Assembly: GCF_051105105.1 (NCBI RefSeq)
Contig: NZ_CP185339.1
DNA length: 64,000 nucleotides
From: Nannocystis pusilla
Lineage (GTDB): Bacteria > Myxococcota_A > Polyangia > Nannocystales > Nannocystaceae
Strand: one strand, 5' to 3'
Every line of letters starts with the position of its first letter. The stretch's first letter is position 1. The position numbers and the translations under genes are program-made. Of the stretch, positions 32,415-41,975 are shown one piece after another. The notes under the pieces were generated by a model. That model was not told the DNA's origin. It worked only from the letters and a program-made list of their open reading frames with translations, and searched no databases.

Positions 32415-33760
32415 GCGCGCAGTCGCCTTTGAGCCCGGCCGAGGCGCGGGCGCTGGTCAAGTCGGCGCTGGCCGCCGCGAGCTTCGAGGACGTGAGCCTG
32501 CGAGTGACGGCGCGGCGCACGGCGTACCTGCGGTTCGCCGCGGGCGCGCCGACGACGTCCGGCGAGGCGGCGCGCTTCGAGGTGTCGGTGACGGCGGCGA
32601 AGGACGGGCGGGTGGCGACGGTGTCGGGCACCGGGCGCGACGCCGCGTCGCTGCAGGCGCTGGTGCGCGAGGCGGAGGCGCTGGCCAAGCTGGCGCCGAA
32701 GGACCCGGAGCACGAGCCGCCGCTGGGGCCGCAGCAGTACGCGAAGGTGGCGGCCCGCGACGCGAAGACGGCGGAGGTCGGGCCCGAGGGACGCACCGAG
32801 GTGGTGGCGCGGGTGCTGAAGGTGGCGCGCGAGGCCAAGCTGGTGGCGTCGGGGATCGTCGAGCACGAGGACGGGGTGACTGTCCTGGCCAATCGGACAG
32901 GTCTGTTCGCGCTCCACGCGGCGACCGAGGCGTCGCTGACGACGACGATGCGCACGCCCGACGGCAAGGGCAGCGGCTGGGCCGGCGGCGCGTCGCACCG
33001 CCTGGCCGAGCTCGACGCGCAGGCGCTGGCGCGGCGGGCGGCCGACAAGGCGACGATGTCGAGCCAGGGCGCGGACGCGCTGGCGCCGGGGGCGTACACC
33101 GTGGTGCTCGAGGCGCAGGCGGTGGCCGACCTGCTCGGATTCCTGGTGTCGGCGCTGCAGGCCCGCGCGGCCGACGAGGGCCGCAGCTTCTTCAGCCGCC
33201 CCGGCGGCAACGCGATCGGCGAGGCGCTGTTCGACCCACGGGTGACGCTGCGCTCCGACCCGACCGATCCGCGCTGGCCGTCGATCCCGTTCGCGGGCGA
33301 CGGGCTGCCGCTGCCGGCGACGACGTGGATCGAGCGCGGGACGCTGAAGGCGCTGGCCTACAGCCGGTTCTGGGCCCACAAGCAGGGTAAGCCCCCGCTG
33401 CCGGGGCCGCGCTCGATCTTCTTCGCGCCGGCCGACCCGGCCGAGGGCAAAGACCTGCTCGAGCTGGTCCGCGGGGTCGAGCGCGGGGTGCTGGTGACGC
33501 GCTTCTTCTACAACCGCATGCTCGACCCGCGGCAGATCCTGGCGACCGGGCTGACCCGCGACGGCACGTTCCTCATCGAGCAGGGGAAGATCGCGCGGCC
33601 GGTCAAGAACATGCGCTACAACGAGAGCCCGGCGGCGCTGCTGAAGAACCTGGTGGCGATCGGCAAGCCGGAGCGCACGGCCGGCGACGGGATGGTCGCG
33701 GTGGTGCCGCCGCTGGTGGCGAAGGAGTTCCACTTCGCCAGCGTCAGCGACGCGGTGTGA
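32411..33760 (+). CDS. pmbA: PmbA/TldE family peptidase U62 partner protein
   Basis: The GTG start overlaps the tldD stop. 449 aa with PmbA_TldD-fold similarity (GTGRDAASLQALV, ERGVLVTRFFYNRMLDP). Confidence 0.8.
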   Translation: MSAQSPLSPAEARALVKSALAAASFEDVSLRVTARRTAYLRFAAGAPTTSGEAARFEVSVTAAKDGRVATVSGTGRDAASLQALVREAEALAKLAPKDPEHEPPLGPQQYAKVAARDAKTAEVGPEGRTEVVARVLKVAREAKLVASGIVEHEDGVTVLANRTGLFALHAATEASLTTTMRTPDGKGSGWAGGASHRLAELDAQALARRAADKATMSSQGADALAPGAYTVVLEAQAVADLLGFLVSALQARAADEGRSFFSRPGGNAIGEALFDPRVTLRSDPTDPRWPSIPFAGDGLPLPATTWIERGTLKALAYSRFWAHKQGKPPLPGPRSIFFAPADPAEGKDLLELVRGVERGVLVTRFFYNRMLDPRQILATGLTRDGTFLIEQGKIARPVKNMRYNESPAALLKNLVAIGKPERTAGDGMVAVVPPLVAKEFHFASVSDAV

Positions 33761-33769
33761 GGCGGTCTG

Positions 33770-33832
33770 GATGTCCCCGGCGACATGTCGCCGGGGACAT
33801 GTCTGCTAGGACATGGCCGGAAGGGCATGCTC
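33770..33832. repeat. 14-bp-phased GGACATGTC array (5 units)
   Basis: Cores at 33770 (atgt), 33784, 33798, 33812 and 33826, immediately after the pmbA stop. Confidence 0.85.
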
Positions 33833-33869
33833 CGAGGGACCGGTGACGGGCGGCCGCCGATGAGGTACT

Positions 33870-34391
33870 GTGGGCGGCATGGTCGTCGCCGCGCTGGTCT
33901 CGGTCGCCCTGCTGCTGCAGCCGCCGGCGGGCCTGGAGGCGCCGGAGTCCTGTCCGGAGGGGGCGACGACGTGCGCGGGCGGCTGCGCGCCGGCAGGGGA
34001 GCCGTGCCCGCCGCCCAGAGTGCCGCGGCCCGATGTCACCGCGTCGCCGCCGACGCCCACCGACGAGGAGATGGCGGCGGAGATCCAGGCGGCGTGGGGC
34101 TGCGACGAGAGCGACGCGCAGCTGGCCCGGCGCAAGCTGAAGTGGCTCGCGGCGTTCGGGCTGCCGGCGCTCGGGCTGGCGGCCGGAGGGGTGGTCGCGG
34201 CGGTGACGATGCGCGAGCCGGTGAGCCCGCGCGAGGACGCCGAGCTGCGCCTGACCCGTCAGGGCCTCGGGGTGAGCGTGTCGCTGCTGCTGATCTCGAG
34301 CGCGCTGTTCTTCACGGCGGGGCTCGGGGCGATGCGGCTCAAGCGGAAGCGGGTGCGGTGCGATCCGAGCGGCTGCGCGCTGCGGTTCTGA
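33870..34391 (+). CDS. Hypothetical protein with an N-terminal signal and a Cys-rich region
   Basis: MVVAALVSVALLLQPPAG..., then CPEGATTCAGGCAPAGEPCP and a C-terminal TM-like segment. Confidence 0.4.
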   Translation: MGGMVVAALVSVALLLQPPAGLEAPESCPEGATTCAGGCAPAGEPCPPPRVPRPDVTASPPTPTDEEMAAEIQAAWGCDESDAQLARRKLKWLAAFGLPALGLAAGGVVAAVTMREPVSPREDAELRLTRQGLGVSVSLLLISSALFFTAGLGAMRLKRKRVRCDPSGCALRF

Positions 34392-34443
34392 GAGGCGGTC
34401 GCGCCGGCCTGCGGCTCGCGGCCCGTGGTAGCGTCGACGGACG

Positions 34444-34932
34444 ATGATCGCGTTCTCGATCCGCAGCCTCGTGGTCGAAGGTCAGCTCGGCGGCGTGCGC
34501 CCGGGCGACGACCGGTCCACCGTCCTGGGGCGGCTCGGCCCGCCCAGCGAGCGCATGGCCAGCGGCGGCGGCACGGAGGTCTGGCGCTACGGCAACTTCG
34601 AGCTGTTTCTCGACGGGGACCTCGTCTACACGCTCTATCACGATTATCTGATCCAGCTCGAAGCCGACGGGGAGCGCGAGGTCGACGCGTGGATCCTCGG
34701 CGGCCCGGAGGCGCCCGACTACGACGACGTCGTCGCGCGACTCACCGCCGAGCAGGTGCCCTTCGTCACCGGGCGCGACCGAGACGGCCGTCGCATGTTG
34801 GCGATCTTGGGCGGCGCTCGCCTGCTGTTCGAGGTCGACGAGGAGACCGGCGTGGAGGCGTGGACCATGATCGCGGTGGACCACCCTGATTATTCGTGGG
34901 GAAAGTTCACGCCCGACGAGCCCGGCGAGTGA
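34444..34932 (+). CDS. Hypothetical cytosolic protein (162 aa)
   Basis: Non-repetitive ORF of balanced composition (MIAFSIRSLVVEGQLGG...). Confidence 0.5.
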   Translation: MIAFSIRSLVVEGQLGGVRPGDDRSTVLGRLGPPSERMASGGGTEVWRYGNFELFLDGDLVYTLYHDYLIQLEADGEREVDAWILGGPEAPDYDDVVARLTAEQVPFVTGRDRDGRRMLAILGGARLLFEVDEETGVEAWTMIAVDHPDYSWGKFTPDEPGE

Positions 34933-34939
34933 ACGCAGA

Positions 34940-34975
34940 GGATTCGAGGATGTCCTTCGGGACAGGTCAGTCGCG
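34940..34975. repeat. GGATGTCC / GGACAGGTC repeat pair
   Basis: The sequence gaggatgtccttcgggacaggtcag. A near-identical copy (gaagatgtcctgaaggacaggtgag) lies at 35590-35616 on the other side of the SnoaL-like gene. Confidence 0.7.
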
Positions 34976-35371
34976 GTGGGGCATGACGACGCGGATCCGC
35001 AGGGCCCCGGAGTCGTCGCGGCGGAGGGCGTAGGTCGAGCGCTCGAGGCCGACCTCGCGGCCGTCGCGGTCGATGTAGGGCCAGGCCACGCGGACGAGGA
35101 CCACGCGGTCGCCGACCCACTCGCGCGACTCGACCTCCGGGCGCGTCATCGTCACGCCGCGCTCGAGGTACTGCGCCCGCGCGCCGGCGAAGAAGCGCTC
35201 GATCTCCTCGCGCCGGGCGACGGCCTGCGCCCCGGAGTCCGCCAGCACGAAGGCCGGGGTCTCGTACAGCGTCGCCACCGTGAGGGCGTCGCCTTCCACC
35301 AGCGCGCGCCCGAGGAGGTGCAAGAACGCGTCGACCTCGCGGTCACGCTCCGGGTTCGTCGGTGCCGTCAT
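34967..35371 (-). CDS. SnoaL/NTF2-like (DUF4440-type) small protein
   Basis: 134 aa with NTF2-fold-like composition (VDAFLHLLGRALVEGD, RVVLVRVAWPYIDRDGREV). Confidence 0.5.
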   Translation of the reverse strand: MTAPTNPERDREVDAFLHLLGRALVEGDALTVATLYETPAFVLADSGAQAVARREEIERFFAGARAQYLERGVTMTRPEVESREWVGDRVVLVRVAWPYIDRDGREVGLERSTYALRRDDSGALRIRVVMPHRD

Positions 35372-35813
35372 GCTCGAGGCATTGAGCGGGCCTGGGGACA
35401 GGGCAAGCCGCCGCTGGCTCGCACGCCGGCGAAAGCGGCGGTCGGGGCCCTGGGAGCGCGTTTCGAGCGGTGAGCGCAAGAGGCGCGACCGGCCCGGCGA
35501 GCGCGGCGCGGCGGCCTGGGGGCGACCTCGGGCGCCGCGGACAGCTGGCCGCCACCGGCCCTGGCTGGCAGGGCGGTCGTCGAGAATTTTGAAGATGTCC
35601 TGAAGGACAGGTGAGCTCGGTTGCACTCGAGGTGCCGCTGTGAGGGCCCGGACGGCAAACTCGTACGCGCTCGCATGGGTCACGCACGGCGAGGGTGCTC
35701 GCGGCGCGTTCCGATGCTTCGCCGCGAGGGGCTCGGGAGCTGGAGCGCCGCGCGCAGACCCAGCGGACGAGCGCGTCGGTCGACGGCGAGCTTGCGGGTC
35801 TACGGCTTCGAGC

Positions 35814-37212
35814 TCAGCGCGGCTCGTCGTCGGGGCAGACGAAGCGCTCGAAGCGGCGGGCGAGCACCGAGTCGGGCAGGCGCGCGGCCAGGCGCTGGGC
35901 GGCGGTCGCGGCGTCGGCGGGGCGGCCTTGCAGGCACAGGAGCTCGACCGCGGCGGCCTCGCGGGCGTCGACGAGGGCGCCGCGCGGGAACTGGCGCGCG
36001 TGGGCGTCGAGGAGCTGGGCGGCGCCTGCGGGGTCGCGGGCATCGAGGCGGGCGCGGGCGCGGTCGAGGAGGCCGACCTCGAGGGCGAGGTCGTCGCGGG
36101 CGGGCAGGCGCGTGGATGTCTCTCGGGACAGCAGCTGATCGTAGGCCGGGCGCGTGACCCGGCCGGCGGGCGCGGGTGCGGCTGTCCTCGGGGACAGGCC
36201 GGCCGCCGGGCCCGGCGACAGGGGGGCCGTCGCGCGGGTCCACACGCCGGCGACCTGCGCGCGGAGGTGGGCGAACGAGACCGGGGAGACGGGGGACCGC
36301 AGCGCAGTGGCGGGCGCTTCGGTGGGCGAGATCGAAGCTGTCTCTCGGGACATGTCGTCGGACGAAGGCGTGGCTGTCTCTCGGGACATGTCGTCGGGCG
36401 AAGGCTTGGCTGTCTCTCGGGACATGTCCCCGCTGGAACGAGAGCCAGCTGTCTTTGCGGACAGGTCCTCGATCTGCGCGGCGGCGGCCCGGCCCGGGGC
36501 CTGGCGGGGGGCGACCGCGACGACGGCGGTGGCGCCGGCGACGACGAGGGTGGTCATGACGCCGGCGCGCGCGGTGGTCCAGGCGGCGGCGACGGTGGCG
36601 AGCTTGCCGTGGCCGAAGAGCGGGACCATCACGGCCCAGGTGCGCGAGGCGGCGCCTTCCGGGGGCTCGTCGCGGCGGCGGCTCTCGGCGACCTCGACGG
36701 CCAGCAGCTCGGGGCTGGCGGCCAGCTCGAGCAGGCGGGCGCGCGCGAGGCGGAGCCGCGAGTAGACGGTGTTGAGCGGCAGCTCGAGCTCGGCGGCGAT
36801 CTCGGGGCCGCTCATCCCGAGCAGCTCGGTCAGCTCCCACACCTCGCGGGTGCCGCGAGGCAGGCCGGCGAGCAGGCGCTCGAGCAGGCGGGCAGCGTCG
36901 TGGCGCTCCTGCGGGGCCTCGCCGACGTGGCCGGTGAGGTCGCCGAGGGCGGCGATCCGGCGGGTCCGGCGGGCGACGCCGCGGTGCCAGTGGGAGGCGA
37001 CGCGGCGGGTGACGCCGTACAGCCAGGCGCGCGCCGAGACCTGGTAGTGGACCTGGTCGAAGCGGCGGTAGGCGGTGAGGAAGACGTCCTGGACCACGTC
37101 GTCGCGGGCGGCCGCGGGGACGCCGAAGTACTTCGCGGCCGACCACACGAATTGGAACTTCTCGGTCGTAGATGGCGCGAAAGCGCGCTTCTCGGTCGGT
37201 GGCGAGCAGCAT
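35814..37212 (-). CDS. ECF sigma factor continuing in-frame into an anti-sigma (single-TM) domain; frameshift near 37155
   Basis: Sigma region 2 (DVVQDVFLTAYRRFDQ) and region 4 (VWELTELLGMSGPEIAAELELPLNTVYSRLRLAR) are followed by TM LATVAAAWTTARAGVMTTLVVAGATAVVAVA and an anti-sigma-like C-terminal domain. The N-terminus MLLATDREARFRAIYDREVP is in the adjacent frame. An extra base in the ccaattcg homopolymer explains the shift. Confidence 0.65.
36330..36470. repeat. GGACATGTC-family repeat array with 36-bp period, in-frame within the anti-sigma periplasmic linker
   Basis: Cores at 36351, 36387, 36423 and 36459. It translates as DMSRETAKPSPD / DMSRETATPSSD / DMSRETASISPT. Degenerate copies lie at 36100-36180. 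Confidence 0.75.
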
Positions 37213-37250
37213 GGGGCCGTGGGGGCTGTCCCCGGCCGAGACGGTTTCCG

Positions 37251-38348
37251 TCACCGCGGGTCTCCGAGGCGCAATTCGAGGCCCAGGAGCAGGCGCAGGC
37301 TCGCCGGCGCGCTGGTGAACAGGTTGACCGGCTCCGGGGTGTCCGCCAGGTCGAAGCTCGGGGCGGCCAGGCGGACGAGGCCCTGGGCGGCCAGGCTGAG
37401 GCCGAGCAGCCGGTGAAACCGCCAGGTCGCGCCGGCCGAGACGAGCACGGCGGCCCACAGGCCGGTGGCCGCCCGCGCGCCTGGACCGCGCCCGTGGCCG
37501 CGCAGGCCGCCGAGCTCGGCGCCGCCGCACAGGGGGAACTCAAAGCGGCCACGGGACAGGCGAGCGCAGCCGCGGGCGCCGGCGCCGAGCAGGTAGACGC
37601 GGACCTCGTTGGGCAGGCGGGCCTCGGTCTGCGGGACGAGGTGGACGCCGTGGAACTCGAGGCGAGCGCGCCGCCACAGGACGCCGACGGCGAGCTCGAG
37701 CGCGGCGGTCGGCGCGGGGACCGTGCCGACCTCGAGGCCGGCCGAGAGGCGGAGCAGCGCGCCGGGGCCTCGCTTGCGCGGCGGCGGGGCCGGGGCCAGC
37801 GGCTCGTCGGCGGTGACGAGGGCGGGCTCGGGCGCGGGCTCGGGCGCGGGCGCGAGCGGCTGGATTGGGGCGGCAGGGTCGTCGACGACGACTTCGGGGG
37901 CGAGGGCGACGGGCGGGGCAGGTTCGGGCTCGGGGGCCGCTTCGGGCGCGGGGGCCTCGGGCTCGGGCGATGTCGACTCGACCTCCGACGCGACGGGATC
38001 GGTCGACCCACCGCGCTCGGCGGCGGCGGGGTCGAGCGCGAGGGCGGTCAGGAGCGCGGCCGCGTCGACCAGCGCGGCGCAGCGGCGGGCGCTGAGGCGC
38101 CGGGTCTGAGCGTGGCCGGCGACGGTGAGCCGCAGGTCGAGGTGATACTGCGAGGCGCCGTCCCGCTCGACCCGCCCGACCAGCGAGATCTCGTCGGCGG
38201 CGGGCTCGCGGCCGAGGCGGCCGGCGATCGCCCGGGCCAGGGCGCGGCCATCGGGGCAGCCCGCCGGCGCCTGCCACACGATCGCGTCCGCGGACGGTGG
38301 CTGGGGTACCTGGAACGCGAGCACTGCGGCGAGGAGCGCGGACGGCAT
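37251..38348 (-). CDS. Hypothetical secreted protein with a Pro/Glu/Ala-rich linker and a beta-rich C-terminus
   Basis: Signal MPSALLAAVLAFQVP. PEPEAPAPEAAPEPEPAPP linker. C-terminus with alternating hydrophobic residues (possible outer-membrane barrel). Lies directly upstream of the ECF sigma gene. Confidence 0.5.
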   Translation of the reverse strand: MPSALLAAVLAFQVPQPPSADAIVWQAPAGCPDGRALARAIAGRLGREPAADEISLVGRVERDGASQYHLDLRLTVAGHAQTRRLSARRCAALVDAAALLTALALDPAAAERGGSTDPVASEVESTSPEPEAPAPEAAPEPEPAPPVALAPEVVVDDPAAPIQPLAPAPEPAPEPALVTADEPLAPAPPPRKRGPGALLRLSAGLEVGTVPAPTAALELAVGVLWRRARLEFHGVHLVPQTEARLPNEVRVYLLGAGARGCARLSRGRFEFPLCGGAELGGLRGHGRGPGARAATGLWAAVLVSAGATWRFHRLLGLSLAAQGLVRLAAPSFDLADTPEPVNLFTSAPASLRLLLGLELRLGDPR

Positions 38349-38454
38349 CGTCGGACCGATCCATCCTAGCGCAGACGGCGACCTCCGGCGCCGGTCGGAG
38401 CGGCGCGCCGCGCGCCCAATCGAGCGGCCGCGCGCGGTCGGCCGGCGGCGAGGC

Positions 38455-38515
38455 GATGAATGTCTGCGAGGACATGTCGTGAAAGACATGTCCTCGCAGC
38501 CATGCATAAGCCAGG
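38455..38515. repeat. GGACATGTC repeat cluster
   Basis: The sequence gaatgtctgcgaggacatgtcgtgaaagacatgtcctcgcagccatgcat. Confidence 0.75.
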
Positions 38516-38537
38516 TCGTAGCTCGCGGAGGTGAGGA

Positions 38538-41147
38538 TCAGGGCGGGGGCAGGTCGTTGCCCTCGAGGTTGAGGAAGGTGCGGATCGGCTTGGGGCTGCC
38601 GGCGGCGCCGACGGCGGGGATCTCGAGGCCGTCCCCCTTGAAGAGATCCTCGTCGGAGCGGCCGTCGTCCGGCTTCTCGTCGTCGACGTCGTCGAGGCCG
38701 TTGGGGACGAACAGCTGCGGGTGGTCGAACGGCGCCCGCTCGTAGACGACGTTCGGGTCGGTGAGCGACTGCATGAACAGGACCAGATCTTTGCGCTGCT
38801 CGGCGTCGAGGTCGAGGAAGGTGATGTCGGGGTCGAGCTCGAGGTTGCGGTGGAAGTCGCCGCCGCGGTTGTAGAACTCGACGACCTGCTCGAGGGTCGA
38901 CATGCCGCCGTTGTGCATGTACGGGGCCGTGAGCTGGACGTTGCGCAGGGTCGGGGTCTTGAAGGCGCCGCTGACGGCGGTCCGCAGGCGCTGGATGGAG
39001 CGCTTGTTGGCGGCGTTGTTCTTCGGCTCGCCGGTCGGGGTCTCGAGCTTGTCCTTGCAGTCGGTCTTGTCCCTGAAGCCGCCGGGGAACAGCGGGCGGT
39101 CGACGACGATGTTCCACGGGACGGCGAAGCTGCACGGGTCGACCTCGAACGGGTCGCGCGCGTCCTTGCCGAGCAGCATCTGCACGTACTGCTCGGTGAA
39201 CGACAGCGGGTTGCCGAACGGGTCCTCGCCGCCGACGCCGATGTCCTCGGCGGTCGGCCGCACGCCGATGTTGTAGAAGCCGTTGTCGTAGAGCGCCGGC
39301 TGGCGCAGCTCGACGAGGGTGCTGGGGCCCTGGCCGACGAACGCGAGGGTGCCCTCGTCGTCGTAGACGAGGACGAAGTCGAGCCAGGCGTTGGCGACCT
39401 TGACGTCGTCGAGGACGGAGATCCGCAGCGCCGAGGGGCAACCGCTGCCGCCGACCCGCTTGACGTTGATGCGGGCGTCGCGGGTGGCGGAGTCGTCGAC
39501 GCCGAAGGTCATGGTCTCGGGCTTGTAGGTGCAGCTGGCGTCGTCGTCGACCTTGCTGAGGACGACCTGGCCGACGGCAGGGCCCGGGACGATGTCGTCC
39601 TTCTTGGCGGTGGGGGTGGCCTCGACGTCGATCGTGAGGCTGCGCTGGCCCTTGCCGGGCTTCCACTGCGAAAACGGCAGGACCTTGAACGGCGGGTTGG
39701 TGCGCACGCCGTAGTGGTAGTGCTCCTCGGTCATCAGCATGCGCTCGACCAGGCCGTCCTCGTCCTCCTCGTCGATGAGGTGCAGGGTGGAGGCGCCGGT
39801 GAACATGGCGGTCTTGTGACAGTTGACGCACTTGCCCTGGTTGAGGAAGACGTCGAAGCCGGCGAGCTCGCGCTTGCCGAGCGCCTTGGGATCGCGGCCG
39901 TCGCGGTACCTGTCGAACGGGCTGTCGTCGGAGACGAGGGTGCGCTCGTAGGCCTGGATGGCGAGGCCCCAGAACAGGCTGAAGTTGATCTCCATCAGGC
40001 TGAAGCGCTGGTCGGCGGGGACGGAGTTCGGGTCGGTCAGCAGGTTCTTGTCGGCGTCGAACCATTGCTCCGACTGCCACAGCTTGGCGGCGAAGGCGGC
40101 CTCGATCATCTTCCTGTAAGTGGTCTCCAGGCCCTTGTTCGGCGCGGCCAGCGGGCCGAGCACCGAATCGTCGGGGTGGACCTTCTGAAACGCGAGCGGG
40201 ACGGTGGGCGGGCGCACCAGCTTGCGGCCGACGTTGGGCAGCGTCCGCCCCTGACACGAGGCCTCGAACGGGCTGAGCACCGGACCGACAGCCTGCGAGG
40301 CGAGCGAGCCGTTGACGATCTCGAGCTTGCGCTTGACCGGCTTGCCGCCCTTGACCTCGAGGATGAAGGCGTCCTTGTTGCGGCGGCCGAACGGGTCGAC
40401 GCCGTTGAACCAGCGGTTGGCCCGGCCGTCCCAGAAGTTGCGGAAATTGAAGGCGGCGTTGATCACGGTCGGGGCGTTGCGCGGCTCGACCCGCCGCACG
40501 TTGACGCCGTCGACCTGAAACGGCGGATCGGGGACGGTCTCACACTTGTCGTCCAGCGCGCCGGGCTTGACGGCCTCGAAGTCGGCGCGCCGGACGCCCT
40601 GCGAGGAGGTGGCGTCGTCGGTGTCGAAGAGCACCTTCGAATCGCGGTCCTTGGGGTCCTTCAAGACGTGAAATGGATAGTCGCCGGCGACGAGCTGCAA
40701 ATTGGGCCCCTGGCCGCCGGTCCGGGTCGGATCGAACTTACCGTTGCCGCCGAGCAGACCGGGAGTCAGCTGATTGCGCGATCGGTTGTCGGCGCCGGCC
40801 GCGAAGTGACAGCTGGCGCAAGCCTGGCCGTCGCTGCCGCTCTGCATGTCCCAAAACAGGGCCTTGCCGAGCGCGATCGCGGCGTCGTTGTCGACGATCA
40901 AGTCGGGCTCGACGGGCTTGCCGGTGATCCGGTCGAACAGCGGCGGGAGCTTCTCCTCGGCCAGAGATCCTGGGACGCCGTCGTTCGGCGCGTCCGGTCC
41001 GTCCGGCTCGTCCGGCGGCGCGCCCGGACCGGGGGCCCCGTCGCCGTTCCAGGTGAAGACGAAATCGCATGCCGTCGTCGCCAAGGCGCCGAACCCTATG
41101 CCCATGCATGCGAGCGTGGAGAACCATCCACACAGACGATTACGCAT
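38538..41147 (-). CDS. Di-haem cytochrome c peroxidase (CCP/MauG) family lipoprotein, unusually large (869 aa)
   Basis: Haem-binding CASCH and CVNCH. CCP signatures NAPTVINAAFN..FWDGR and PYMHNGGMSTLEQVVEFY. Lipobox ALATTAC. Confidence 0.8.
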   Translation of the reverse strand: MRNRLCGWFSTLACMGIGFGALATTACDFVFTWNGDGAPGPGAPPDEPDGPDAPNDGVPGSLAEEKLPPLFDRITGKPVEPDLIVDNDAAIALGKALFWDMQSGSDGQACASCHFAAGADNRSRNQLTPGLLGGNGKFDPTRTGGQGPNLQLVAGDYPFHVLKDPKDRDSKVLFDTDDATSSQGVRRADFEAVKPGALDDKCETVPDPPFQVDGVNVRRVEPRNAPTVINAAFNFRNFWDGRANRWFNGVDPFGRRNKDAFILEVKGGKPVKRKLEIVNGSLASQAVGPVLSPFEASCQGRTLPNVGRKLVRPPTVPLAFQKVHPDDSVLGPLAAPNKGLETTYRKMIEAAFAAKLWQSEQWFDADKNLLTDPNSVPADQRFSLMEINFSLFWGLAIQAYERTLVSDDSPFDRYRDGRDPKALGKRELAGFDVFLNQGKCVNCHKTAMFTGASTLHLIDEEDEDGLVERMLMTEEHYHYGVRTNPPFKVLPFSQWKPGKGQRSLTIDVEATPTAKKDDIVPGPAVGQVVLSKVDDDASCTYKPETMTFGVDDSATRDARINVKRVGGSGCPSALRISVLDDVKVANAWLDFVLVYDDEGTLAFVGQGPSTLVELRQPALYDNGFYNIGVRPTAEDIGVGGEDPFGNPLSFTEQYVQMLLGKDARDPFEVDPCSFAVPWNIVVDRPLFPGGFRDKTDCKDKLETPTGEPKNNAANKRSIQRLRTAVSGAFKTPTLRNVQLTAPYMHNGGMSTLEQVVEFYNRGGDFHRNLELDPDITFLDLDAEQRKDLVLFMQSLTDPNVVYERAPFDHPQLFVPNGLDDVDDEKPDDGRSDEDLFKGDGLEIPAVGAAGSPKPIRTFLNLEGNDLPPP

Positions 41148-41653
41148 GCTCCGTTCATTCGCGGCGACCGCGGTGAAAGTTGTGATCGGGGCGAAGTCGG
41201 CTCGGGTCGCCACGGGTGTCGCCGCGAGAACGACGTATCGGGTATCAGGCCGTGCGACAGCGGGGAGGTCCGACCGGACTGCGGCCCCGGCGCCGAGATG
41301 AAACGGTGAATTCGCGGGAAAACAGGCGTTTCAGGCCGATCTGCACGCAAAAGTCGATGGCGTTCTTACGGCGCCGGGCGAGCTCCGTGGATCTACGTGT
41401 TACGATTCGGGTGAAACCCTATACTGTGAGAACGTGGCTCGCTGCACACGCGGTGACCCATTGCGCAGACCTTTCGCTCGCGGCCAGGAGCGGGCGAGCA
41501 ATCGTCCGAGCGGCGTTACGAAGGCCGCGGACAATGACGGTACGAACATCGGCGCGGACCATTCGCGGCAGGCCGCCCGGATCGCGCGCCGCGAAGGACC
41601 GGTCTTTCGGGCCATGTCGGCGGGCTAAAATCCCACCTGGCGCGAGGGACAGA

Positions 41654-41974
41654 TCAACGGCGCCGGGCGGCGCGCGGACGCCATTGATATTCGCCGAGGT
41701 CGATGCGGCCGTCGTCGCCGAACTCGACGCCCTCGGCGACAAGCAGCGCGCGCTGGCGGTCGCCGGAGGGGCCGGACAGGCTGATCTCGCCGCGAGCGTT
41801 GAGGACCCGCTGCCACGGCACGGGGCTGCCGCCGGGCAAGGCGTGGAGGGCGTAGCCGATCTGGCGCGCGCGCCCGGGCAGACCGGCGAGCTCGGCGATC
41901 TGCCCGTAGGTGGCGACGCGGCCGCGGGGGATCCGCTGGATGGTGGCGTAGATCCGGGCGTAGTCGGGGTGCAT
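41654..41974 (-). CDS. MGMT-family DNA-binding protein lacking the catalytic Cys (alkyltransferase-like / YbaZ-type)
   Basis: 106 aa with PRGRVATYGQIAELAGLPGRARQIGYAL...VPWQRVLNARG. The ATG lies 2 nt from the kynureninase stop. Confidence 0.75.
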   Translation of the reverse strand: MHPDYARIYATIQRIPRGRVATYGQIAELAGLPGRARQIGYALHALPGGSPVPWQRVLNARGEISLSGPSGDRQRALLVAEGVEFGDDGRIDLGEYQWRPRAARRR

Positions 41975-41975
41975 G

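Noticed and set aside
35640-41309. 909-aa (35640-38369) and 862-aa (38721-41309) plus-strand ORFs
   Set aside because: They are antisense to the ECF sigma/anti-sigma and cytochrome c peroxidase genes. The composition is G/R/A/E low complexity.
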